From IMG/VR virus record IMGVR_UViG_2706796243_000001: a stretch of 64,000 bases of DNA; one strand, given 5' to 3'. The position numbers and the translations under genes were made by a program. Position 1 is the first letter of the stretch. Every line of letters starts with the position of its first letter. This DNA is from a virus (Duplodnaviria; Heunggongvirae; Uroviricota; Caudoviricetes). Under the pieces are notes generated by a model. It was not told the DNA's origin. It did not search any database and saw only the letters and a list, made by a program, of their open reading frames with translations. Positions 28,552 through 36,910 of this stretch are shown in pieces.

Positions 28552-28873
28552 TTTGACTCCTTTGTTTAGCCCATTCAATTGCTGAGAGTATCACATCACA
28601 GTGACATCTCTTTGGTGAACAGAAGCATACCAAGTCTTTTCCATCCAAGTCAAGAAGATCTTGCAAAGTAATTTCACCTTTCCTGATCTTCTCCCACAAC
28701 CACAAGCGATACTTATCTATTACTTCATCATGATTGCCACCACCTTTTTCAAGAGGGAAAGGATTGGCTAGCTTATGCCCAACCAACCCATACTTTTTCA
28801 TGGTGCGACCCATATAAACCGCACCTTCAGGGATCACTTTACCAATGTGATAAAAATTAAGAACTTGTGCCAC
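28544..28873 (-). CDS. DUF4326-family protein
   Basis: VYMGR...LANPF...LDGKDLVCFCSPKRCHCDVI. Confidence 0.85.
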   Translation of the reverse strand: MAQVLNFYHIGKVIPEGAVYMGRTMKKYGLVGHKLANPFPLEKGGGNHDEVIDKYRLWLWEKIRKGEITLQDLLDLDGKDLVCFCSPKRCHCDVILSAIEWAKQRSQNV

Positions 28874-29234
28874 TGTTTAATGCATTTACTAGTTCGTCTG
28901 CATTCTCCTTAAAGAAATAAGACTGAACAAAATCACCATTTGCATCAATGACCGCCCATTCACCACGCATCCTAGTAATTGAAGCCTTTCTTTGTGGAAT
29001 ACGAGAACTAATTTCATCTGTCATGGCCTCGACCCACACACCAAGCTGGACACCTTCATAAGTATCCGAAAGGTCTGACCAACCATCTCCTCTCCAGTTG
29101 GGGTCTAGATTTTGTTCACGTAAGAGCCAAGAGATGGCGTTACGTAAATGTTCACTGGACATATGTGTTAGCCGAACAAGATTCCCTTCCTGGGTCTTCC
29201 AGACAAGAATTTTATTCTCCTGCATTTGCTTCAC
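28857..29234 (-). CDS. Hypothetical protein
   Basis: W.T.EG......MS..HL.NAI phage motif. Confidence 0.7.
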   Translation of the reverse strand: MKQMQENKILVWKTQEGNLVRLTHMSSEHLRNAISWLLREQNLDPNWRGDGWSDLSDTYEGVQLGVWVEAMTDEISSRIPQRKASITRMRGEWAVIDANGDFVQSYFFKENADELVNALNSGTSS

Positions 29235-29568
29235 CTTTCAAGTATGCGATAATCCAGTCTGCTGCTTCTTCGTATTTTTCATAACCAAAGAATTTACGAC
29301 GACTAAAATATGTGTCATCAGTAGGAATATTGGTCTGGAAATTGAAGTCATTCGGAGTTCCCCAGTATATCGTGATCTGATCACTGTTGCGACACTCTGA
29401 GAAAGAAACCTGCTTAGAGTCGCTATTGAAATTCCATTTCGTGATAGAGAATCCCTGCTCACGACAATTAGCATATGCCTGGAGACCTTCGGCTAATTCA
29501 GGGGCCTTTTTTAGGATGGCTTCCAAAACACCAAAAGCCTGTCTCATCCCAGAATCTTTAACATTCAT
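29212..29568 (-). CDS. Hypothetical protein
   Basis: 118 aa; AGGAG SD; overlaps both neighbours. Confidence 0.7.
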   Translation of the reverse strand: MNVKDSGMRQAFGVLEAILKKAPELAEGLQAYANCREQGFSITKWNFNSDSKQVSFSECRNSDQITIYWGTPNDFNFQTNIPTDDTYFSRRKFFGYEKYEEAADWIIAYLKGEANAGE

Positions 29569-30646
29569 TTGAATCTCCTTTACTATTAATCAATTCGTTA
29601 ACTGCCTTAATTGCTTGTTGTAAACGACTATCGTAGTCATCACCCGAGATGTAAACTACTTTAACCTGATTGTAGCAGTGCCTAACCATCATATCAAGCT
29701 TTGCGTTAGTTTCTTTTCGTTTTTCAGGTGTGTCCTGTAAACGAAGCGGATCAGAAATCCATGGAACATCTGGTTCAAGATACAGCACCAAATCATAGAA
29801 GTTATCACCCTCTTCCTTAGAGATGGCATGGAAGTATGGGTCAATAATGCTAGCCTTACCAGCACATACAGCAGAAAAATGCGTGATCAGGTTTGTGGTA
29901 TCGGAGAATGTGACACAAGTTTTTGCCCACTCAACATTCATATTTTCTTGAGAACGATGTGCCAGAGCAATCCGTATGTAGTCCTCTCGCTTCATAAGTG
30001 CCTCACTGGAGTGATATTCTTCCTCACAGATATCCCTTCCCACCTCTGGAGTAAAATCTGCCTTAAAATGCTTTGCAAGCTGTTTTGTCATTGTCGTTTT
30101 ACCAGTGCTTTCAACACCAACAATTGCAACTTTTTTCACAAAGCGACCACGACCTGATGGATTAATTTTTGTCCAATTTTTAAGAAGGTCATTCCTTACT
30201 TCTGTTGCTGAGATAGGGACCGCTTGACGATCTGCATCAATAACAACATGTACCGCATCTGGGAAATGCTTTTCAAAATATTCGCCGTATGAAGGTTCTG
30301 AAGAAAAGACATGTGTAAATTTCACAAAAGGTTGCTTTTCGTAGATTAGTTTTGTAAATCCTTCCCAGCCATGAGGGTGGCCAGGAAGATTTGTTTCATC
30401 AACATAATCAACTATCACCTGCTTTTCAAGATCCCAATCTCGAATGAAGTCTTTTAAGTCTTTCAAGCGATCTTCCAAGCCCAGTTTCGACTGCATCCAG
30501 GGTGTTTGCTGATCAACAAATTTTTGGTCATAAGACAGGAATAGGTACAACCGACCCACTTGCATCGCCGCACGGGCGATAAAAGACATATGCCCTTTTG
30601 TCAAAGGTGCAAATTTTCCAAAGACGAGACCACGGGTTACAGTCAT
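29558..30646 (-). CDS. nadR: NadR-like NMN adenylyltransferase / ribosylnicotinamide kinase
   Basis: GLVFGKFAPLTKGH (HxGH-type), ISATEVR, then P-loop GVESTGKTT and YLEPDVPWISDPLR. Confidence 0.92.
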   Translation of the reverse strand: MTVTRGLVFGKFAPLTKGHMSFIARAAMQVGRLYLFLSYDQKFVDQQTPWMQSKLGLEDRLKDLKDFIRDWDLEKQVIVDYVDETNLPGHPHGWEGFTKLIYEKQPFVKFTHVFSSEPSYGEYFEKHFPDAVHVVIDADRQAVPISATEVRNDLLKNWTKINPSGRGRFVKKVAIVGVESTGKTTMTKQLAKHFKADFTPEVGRDICEEEYHSSEALMKREDYIRIALAHRSQENMNVEWAKTCVTFSDTTNLITHFSAVCAGKASIIDPYFHAISKEEGDNFYDLVLYLEPDVPWISDPLRLQDTPEKRKETNAKLDMMVRHCYNQVKVVYISGDDYDSRLQQAIKAVNELINSKGDSNEC

Positions 30647-30906
30647 TAGTTTTTCTCCATTTGTACTAACGCAGCTTCTGCTAAGGTTTTGTTTAATTTT
30701 TCTTTTGCAATCTCAACTTCAAAGGCAGCTATCTTAAGATTTGCTGTAGCAATGTCACTTCGCAACTGAGCTTTGCGTAAGATACGCGCTTCTACATCTT
30801 TAACCCCATTACCATAGGACTCCAGCATGTCAGGGCCAAGATCACCTTCTGCATGGACAGGTGCTACAAACAGAGATGCCAGCAAAACAATCATTGACTT
30901 TTTCAT
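30646..30906 (-). CDS. Small exported protein
   Basis: Signal peptide MKKSMIVLLASLFVAPVHA plus coiled coil. Confidence 0.7.
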   Translation of the reverse strand: MKKSMIVLLASLFVAPVHAEGDLGPDMLESYGNGVKDVEARILRKAQLRSDIATANLKIAAFEVEIAKEKLNKTLAEAALVQMEKN

Positions 30907-30939
30907 TTTAATCTCCTCTTGAGATTGTTTAGTTACAAA

Positions 30940-31146
30940 TTAGTAACGAGACCACTTAACGCGACCACCGTCGCAAATCAGTTTGTTTTCAACAGCGACG
31001 CCATCGACGCTATTGACAAAGCGCTGCTCACCATTTGGCTTACAGTTGTGCTCAACAGTATCAATCGCATCCACTGCGATAAATATGGCGACGAGAACTA
31101 TTCCCAATATCACCACAGGTTTTACCAAAGGCATGTATCCACGCAT
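30940..31146 (-). CDS. Small membrane protein
   Basis: Start moved to ATG 31146 (GGAG SD, downstream of promoter); TM helix plus two Cys. Confidence 0.65.
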   Translation of the reverse strand: MRGYMPLVKPVVILGIVLVAIFIAVDAIDTVEHNCKPNGEQRFVNSVDGVAVENKLICDGGRVKWSRY

Positions 31147-31175
31147 ATTTTTCTCCAAAAAGTTATCTTGCCATA

Positions 31176-31204
31176 ACAATAAAGCCCCTTAACCGGGAAG
31201 TCAA
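31176..31204 (-). promoter_or_regulatory. Sigma70-like promoter TTGACT-17-TATTGT inside hairpin AAAGCCCCTT..AAGGGGCTTT
   Basis: Exact 17-bp spacer; overlaps a terminator-like inverted repeat at 31181-31212. Confidence 0.7.
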
Positions 31205-31216
31205 GGGGCTTTTGAA

Positions 31217-31576
31217 TTATTTTTGTAGTTCTACAATAGTTCTGGCGATATTGCAGAGGATTTTGTACTTCTCCTCTTCATCATCAGTTAGCAATCTGAC
31301 TTCTCGATCCTCTCCAACATTGTTGTGATAATTCCAGTCAGCATCAACATGGATGAGCGCCAACTTCCCACCAGAACTGGATTTCCAGCTTTTACGGATG
31401 CTCCGGCTACCACTGAACTTCGGCTCCAAACTCAACAAAAAGTATCGTTTCAACTTCTCCTGAATGACAGTTGCAAGATCTTCAACTGTTTGTGACCTTA
31501 AGATCTTCTCAACCTCGTTGTCAGTAAGATCTACCTCGATGCTTTCAGTAGTTGTGTGAGTACCTCTTACTTTCAT
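31217..31576 (-). CDS. Hypothetical protein
   Basis: Start moved to ATG 31576 (GGAGAG SD). Confidence 0.65.
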   Translation of the reverse strand: MKVRGTHTTTESIEVDLTDNEVEKILRSQTVEDLATVIQEKLKRYFLLSLEPKFSGSRSIRKSWKSSSGGKLALIHVDADWNYHNNVGEDREVRLLTDDEEEKYKILCNIARTIVELQK

Positions 31577-31577
31577 A

Positions 31578-31775
31578 TCACTCTCCGATAATTTCAAGTG
31601 CAGGAAAAGCAAAGTCTTCCACCTGTTTCACATTGCTTTCATTCATCCATGAGCAGGCAGCATATTTAACGATACTGATTACCCCGTTGGAGGTCAGCGG
31701 TCTTTCAAAGATACGCTCAACAACCATGTCAGGGCCACCTGATTTCAATCTAACCAACTGACCTTCTTTAATCAT
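31578..31775 (-). CDS. YodC/DUF2158-family protein
   Basis: GQLVRLKSGGPDMVV...C.W. Confidence 0.8.
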   Translation of the reverse strand: MIKEGQLVRLKSGGPDMVVERIFERPLTSNGVISIVKYAACSWMNESNVKQVEDFAFPALEIIGE

Positions 31776-31794
31776 ACATCCTCCTCTTATTTAT

Positions 31795-32637
31795 TTATAC
31801 CTTTCGGGCATTGTTTGGGAATTCTCTCTTTTCTGTATTTCCCCAGATTATCCGCACCGCTGAAGAACCAGGTGAGCTTGAAGATCCGTGTCCAGCCCCA
31901 CCCCCAAATTTACCACCCTGGCGACCTGTAGGGTCTGCCCCACCAGACCCGCCTCTTGCTATTGTTGGTGAATATCCACCTCTACCTCCATGACCATTGA
32001 CCCCAACGCCATAGATTCCGACACCGCCACCGCCACCGGAGTTCTCCCCAGATGTGGAACCAGAGAAGTAATAACCACATGAGCCACCGCCACCGCCTCC
32101 CTGACCATCCTGGCCTTGAGAGTACATTGTTGATGCTGGGTATGCATTACCGCCATCACCACCTTTCCCAATATACCCTGCGGCACCACCTGCGCCACTG
32201 CAACGTTTTATATCATTGGCTGAGGTATTATTCCCACCCGCGCCGCCTTTATTTATCACTGCATCACCCATATCTGGGTATTGCCCCGTGTACGGTTCAG
32301 GTCCTGACCCGAAACCAGCAGCCACTAGTGGTACAGAACCACGAAACAAACCTACAAGCGTCGTCCCATCTGCATTATTTTGTGTAAACACTTGTAAAAT
32401 CTCTCCAGGAAAAACTGGGATGTTGTTTCTCCACACCAAGTCTCCACCCGCACCTCCACGTCTTGGAAGTGGATTAGTTTGTGCTGCCCCTCCTTGACCA
32501 ACACAAAGTACACTGACCTCCTCGACATTGGCAGGGACAGTCCATGATTGTGGGGAGGAAGATATGTTGGTAAATTCCACATTACCAACAGGAATCGATT
32601 TCTTTGTTTCACTTGTAGCAAGCATCATCTCAAACAT
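31795..32637 (-). CDS. Glycine-rich adhesin-like protein
   Basis: SWTVPANVEEVSVLCVGQGG then many GGxGG repeats ending SGAVRIIW-like (SSAVRIIWG). Confidence 0.75.
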   Translation of the reverse strand: MFEMMLATSETKKSIPVGNVEFTNISSSPQSWTVPANVEEVSVLCVGQGGAAQTNPLPRRGGAGGDLVWRNNIPVFPGEILQVFTQNNADGTTLVGLFRGSVPLVAAGFGSGPEPYTGQYPDMGDAVINKGGAGGNNTSANDIKRCSGAGGAAGYIGKGGDGGNAYPASTMYSQGQDGQGGGGGGSCGYYFSGSTSGENSGGGGGVGIYGVGVNGHGGRGGYSPTIARGGSGGADPTGRQGGKFGGGAGHGSSSSPGSSAVRIIWGNTEKREFPNNARKV

Positions 32638-32654
32638 TTATAGTCTCCAAGAAC

Positions 32655-32670
32655 AGGGGCGTCTGCCCCT
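32655..32670 (-). terminator. Hairpin after DNA polymerase stop
   Basis: AGGGGC-4nt-GCCCCT; weak U-tract. Confidence 0.5.
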
Positions 32671-32676
32671 TTAAAT

Positions 32677-33024
32677 TTAGTGACACTCAGCCCAGTTTTT
32701 ACCCGTTAAGTAAGCACCTGTGATATGCACCGGAGAACCCATCATACGAGCAGCTTTCTCAACACATTTCACCACCATCTCACCAACAGGGCAATACTGG
32801 ATGTGTATCTTCCCATCTTCACCAAAGACGCCCTCATACACCGTATTACCTTCGGCATCCTTGACATTTTCACCATTCTCGTCTTTTACAGCCTTTCTCC
32901 ACTCATGCCCGTCAAATACGCGGCCTTTTGCTTCCCATTCTTTTACGAAAGCTTTTGCATCTTCCAGGGTATCAAACTCCCACTTCTTCAAGTATTTCTT
33001 AGGAACCTGGAGCTGGTATTCATC
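32677..33024 (-). CDS. DNA polymerase (family A) exon 3
   Basis: Begins GAT GAA (DEYQLQV), completing motif C YHDE; ends YLTGKNWAECH like T7-type PolA. Confidence 0.92.
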   Translation of the reverse strand, partial: DEYQLQVPKKYLKKWEFDTLEDAKAFVKEWEAKGRVFDGHEWRKAVKDENGENVKDAEGNTVYEGVFGEDGKIHIQYCPVGEMVVKCVEKAARMMGSPVHITGAYLTGKNWAECH

Positions 33025-33795
33025 CAAAAGTTTAGCGAGGTCGTTAATCTCGCCCACACCATTACGTGTTGCCATACGTTTTCACGTAGGATCGGACCAT
33101 ATCACCATCCTTTTCAGGATGCTCCCCATTTCGACGGCACTCGCTCGTCTACGCCTTTCGGCTGGCCTCTGAACGTTAAGACCAATGATACGAAGATGAT
33201 ATATGCAGCCATTGTCGTCTCTGCTTGATGGCCCTAACTGTTCCGTATGGGTAGCCCATGTCTCGGATGGCAGCTTGACTAAAGCCTTCCTGCAAGAGGT
33301 AGCAGATTTTCTCCACTTCTCCCTCTGACAACTTACTGTTTGCATTGGCAATACCTGTTGCACTTCTACCTTCCAACGTGTAGCAATGTTCTATGTTCTT
33401 ACCTCTTGTTACCCAGCGGAGGTTGGTGTAGTGGTTGTTGGTCTTATCACCATCCTTGTGGTCAACCTCTGGGAGGTTATCCGGGTTGGGAACGAAACAC
33501 TCAGCCACTAAAACATGCACAGCTTTTGTCGTTGTTCTTTTATTAAGGTAGAGACTTACAATTAGGTAGCCCCTCCCATTATCTACCTTTTGCATCGGTT
33601 TCCCGCGCCTTCCGATAATGGTTCCGTCTTCGTAAACCACATATCCGTGGTAGTTTACACTTTTCATTGATCCTCTTCGCTGCTGATTAACATAGTTGTA
33701 TTTTACTCTATTATCGAGTGAATATCAACCTTAGCCTCCCAGCAATTAAAGGAGTTATTCGATGTGAGTTACCTCACAAAGCCACAATGTTATTT
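33025..33795 (-). mobile_element. Group IA intron 2 (771 nt) in polymerase motif C
   Basis: Exon ends in U (CAT), intron ends in G; P AATTGCTGGGA, Q AATCAGCAG, R GTTCAGAGGCCA, S GATATGGTC; P3, P7.1, P7.2, P8, P9 and P10 pair. Confidence 0.93.
33176..33667 (-). CDS. Intron-encoded HNH homing endonuclease (I-HmuI-like)
   Basis: VHVLVAECFVPNPDNLPEVDHKDGDKTNNHYTNLRWVT plus C-terminal HTH-like region. Confidence 0.92.
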   Translation of the reverse strand: MKSVNYHGYVVYEDGTIIGRRGKPMQKVDNGRGYLIVSLYLNKRTTTKAVHVLVAECFVPNPDNLPEVDHKDGDKTNNHYTNLRWVTRGKNIEHCYTLEGRSATGIANANSKLSEGEVEKICYLLQEGFSQAAIRDMGYPYGTVRAIKQRRQWLHISSSYHWS

Positions 33796-34128
33796 ATGGT
33801 AGTAAATCAGACGACGAACATCATCATCGTACCAACCACGCTTGACCAATTCCCAATGTAGAAGGATGCCAACCAGGTCAAACAGAGATGCACCACCGTT
33901 TTGTTGGTAAGCATTCAGTAACGAGTGCTTAGAACGGGTCCAAATCTTACGACCATCCAATCCAGGAATATAACGCTTCCCTGTTGCTTCCCAGAAGTTT
34001 TCCAGCCATTCTTTACGGCCTTTCAACCCGAAGTTGCTATCCCAGAAAGCATCTATTACTGCCTGAGCTTTGTCAAGGGAAATATTAAGCATCGCAGCAA
34101 TCTTCGCCGCCTGAGCACCGTACATGAT
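33796..34128 (-). CDS. DNA polymerase exon 2
   Basis: IMYGAQAAKI...YIPGLDGRKI..RSKHSLLNAYQQNGGA...IYYH. Confidence 0.92.
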
Positions 34129-34258
34129 CCTAATGTTCAACAGGGTTCGCTAATTCCTGCCCGTTCTCTTATGAACTGCTGCATGTTTCCATGCAGAGCA
34201 GACTATATCTTCATCCTCTTGGGATGTCCACCGCTTCGAGCCGCTTGGCCCTACTCCG

Positions 34259-34660
34259 TTACCGGATAGTCGTTGGGATTTTACCTCTTGCCAAATACCA
34301 CTCTTCACCACTACAGTAAAGATTGTTGCAAACAGCATGTTCTACATTAGATGCACGGCATGATAATTCTATATTTTCCCAGCAATTATTCAATGTGTTT
34401 GCATCTAGGTGGTTGACCTCTTCCTCTTCAAGAAGGTCTCTACCGATCTTTGCCGCACAAATCAACCTGTGCAACAAATAGTGTTTGCCATTTTTCAAAC
34501 AGATACGCTGATAAAATTTCTTTCCCTTACCTTTGTGTAGATAGGGCTTCAACTTTCTTAGTTTTCCACGATTGCTGGAGTATATATTACCTTCGTGGTC
34601 ACAAAAGTATCCGTTTGATATTGGTATTTTAGCCAAGGTACTTATCTGCTGATTGTCCAT
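34259..34660 (-). CDS. Intron-encoded HNH homing endonuclease
   Basis: LLHRLIC...EVNHLDANTLNN..ENIE...N; AGGAGG SD. Confidence 0.9.
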   Translation of the reverse strand: MDNQQISTLAKIPISNGYFCDHEGNIYSSNRGKLRKLKPYLHKGKGKKFYQRICLKNGKHYLLHRLICAAKIGRDLLEEEEVNHLDANTLNNCWENIELSCRASNVEHAVCNNLYCSGEEWYLARGKIPTTIR

Positions 34661-34681
34661 TTCATCCTCCTAAAAGGAGAA

Positions 34682-34709
34682 ATCATACATAAATTTTTCA
34701 AACTGTCAA
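34682..34709 (-). promoter_or_regulatory. Intron-internal sigma70-like promoter TTGACA-16-TATGAT
   Basis: Directly upstream of the HNH SD and its occluding hairpin. Confidence 0.7.
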
Positions 34710-34811
34710 GCCCATCCTCGCGGATCACTTTGTAGTATTTATGTCTTTAGGATTTCCCAGCAATTCAATGGATGCACCTTATAAATTACTCTATAAGGGG
34801 GCTATCAATTA

Positions 34812-36884
34812 ACCATAAGTAACACCTTTACCGCCGCTTCGAGTTACTAGTGTACCTGAAGCTTTGGTGTACGCCTCTGCGTTTCGTGCGTGAGCATCAC
34901 CACTTTCCATGATACGGAGGTATTCCCCACCATCAAACTGGTATGCCCCCCATGCAGCTACCATCCCTTCAAGGTTGGAACCGTCAATACCGACCTGATA
35001 ATACCCGTCAGTAACGCCCCACAGCCCACGCATTTCCTTACCAAGCAGAACCTTCGGATCTGGCTTAGGCATGTTTGCACAGATGGTGTGCTTGCAGCGC
35101 CCTGTGTTTGTGATCCCAGAAAAACGTGCTGGAAGCTTCCCGTCGATTGCCAGTCGAGGGTGGTTCAACAGACCTGTGTCATTCTTATCTTCATCAATCG
35201 GGTCAAGGACTGATCGACGGTTACGCAGGGATAACCATTTGACAATCTGTTTAGCCAAGTGGACATCAATTCGTTCAAGGTTCGGACACAGCTTACCAAA
35301 GTTATCCTTCAACTGAGGTGAAGTAGGCAATTGCCGTGCCTTGCGCCTGAATTTCTTGAAGATCTCTGCGTATGCCTTCTCTGAAGCATGACGATGATCG
35401 AATTTCCGCTCTGAGATATTGAACTTATCATCACTGTTATTCAAATGCTCAATAATCAATGACTTATATTCAGACTCTCCAAGTTCCTCGATATACTTCT
35501 TGACAAGTTCATCGATTTCTGGATCAGTTCTGGCCTTCTTGAACTGATCTTTTGTCACATCTTTCACACGCCACAGAGTAGGCTTCCAGTTTGCATCTCT
35601 AATAAGGTACTTCTTGATGTCATCCTGGTTAGAGATCTTCATCGGGACCATCAGATCAGGCATTTTTCCTGCTCTTAAGTCTTCCTTGGCTTTCTCCAGC
35701 AAGTCTGGTGGTAATGGCTCCAGAGTGTTCTCTTTGTTACGTTGCTCCCTGATGAAATCACCAAACAGGGAAGGATCTTCAACTCCGTTCTGGATGCAAT
35801 ATCTCTCACCAGCAGCACTTACATCCCCGTTTCCCTTGAATGCTGTCTTTGGTGGCCCTTTGAATTCAAGAGCCTCTCGGTTAACAGGGTAACCTAATTT
35901 GTATTGTAGCCAATTCCACCCGTGGTGTGAAATATTCCCCGCCCCATCGAACGGGTTGGCTGGGAACTTAGGCTGTTGGGATTTGGTCATCTCCTTCATT
36001 GGGAGGAGTGGTTCAACCTCTTCTTCAATCTCCTTCATCATCACATCAATGCGATCACGAAGTTTTTCAGCCTCATGTTTATTAAACGGAACACCCTGGA
36101 TTTCCTGTTCAATCATCAGGTAGTCGGTAAGCATACGACGACGAAGCGCATTCTTCCAGTTAATCTGGCGCATACCTTCTGGTTTGTCCGTGTACATGAA
36201 CTGCTTATCATCAGGCCAGCGAGCGCCTGTAGATTCATCAATTAAGGCTTTCCACACCAGTTCGTTGATCAACACGTCTTCCCAAACACGGTTAACGTAC
36301 TCCCAAAGGGGTTGGTTACGCCAGTCGTCAATCTGAACTTTCTTGTTAGCTACGCGATAACCCCATGCCATCAAACCATGTGGGCCAACGCGATCTCGCT
36401 TCCCTGTAACCGGGTTAAGAACTGAATCAGGACACCCGTTTGGCAATGGTCGGTCAGGATAAAGCACACGACTCATAGACAACGTGTCGTACAGGTTTAC
36501 TTGGGTATCCCCAATTGTACCCATACATTTCGGGTCTTTGAACATGTTGTATTCAATGCCGGAAAGCTTCTTCCAGAGGCGCAGGTCATAACCAAACAGG
36601 TTGTGACACGCAATACCACGGCAAGTCTTCAGGAACGACTCAAGCTCGTCGTATGACCGGATCGTGAGATTGGCTTCAGTCTTGCTTCTGGCATATGTTA
36701 CAGCACTTTCGTACTCTGGATGTTTCGGGTCAAGAAACAGGTTCCAGTTATTTACACCGTACTCTTTGATCAGGGTGCAGTGATACTTCGTTACTTCGTC
36801 TAACAGGCCATCGGCCTCGTTATCGAGTATGAACAAGCCTTTTATGATTCCTCCTATGCAAGGTGGGTTGGTCTGTATCGACAC
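34812..36884 (-). CDS. DNA polymerase exon 1 (3'-5' exonuclease, motif A, first half of motif B)
   Basis: LDNEAD, HNLFGYD, DVLIN exonuclease motifs; GIDGSNLE motif A; RSGGKGVTYG; true start may be 36845. Confidence 0.93.
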
Positions 36885-36890
36885 CCACCT
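36861..36890 (-). promoter_or_regulatory. Hairpin immediately 5' of the polymerase SD
   Basis: AGGTGGGT/ACCCACCT stem with inner GTC/GAC; SD AGGAGG at 36850-36855. Confidence 0.5.
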
Positions 36891-36910
36891 CTCAGTTGGT
36901 TAATATATCA

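Larger units (their letters stand above)
34129..34811 (-). mobile_element. Group IA intron 1 (683 nt) in polymerase motif B
   Basis: GGT^TAATTG 5' site, terminal G; P AATTGCTGGGAA, Q AATCAGCAG, R CAACGACTA, S AAGATATAGTC; P2, P3, P7.1, P7.2, P8, P9 and P10 pair. Confidence 0.95.

Noticed and set aside
33082-33363. 93-aa minus-strand ORF overlapping the HNH and the intron core
   Set aside because: Runs through P7-P9 ribozyme elements, has no SD and no recognisable motif
32677-34140. Track ORFs 32677..33075 and 33790..34140 as independent genes
   Set aside because: Their first 17 and 4 codons are intron sequence; they are polymerase exons 3 and 2
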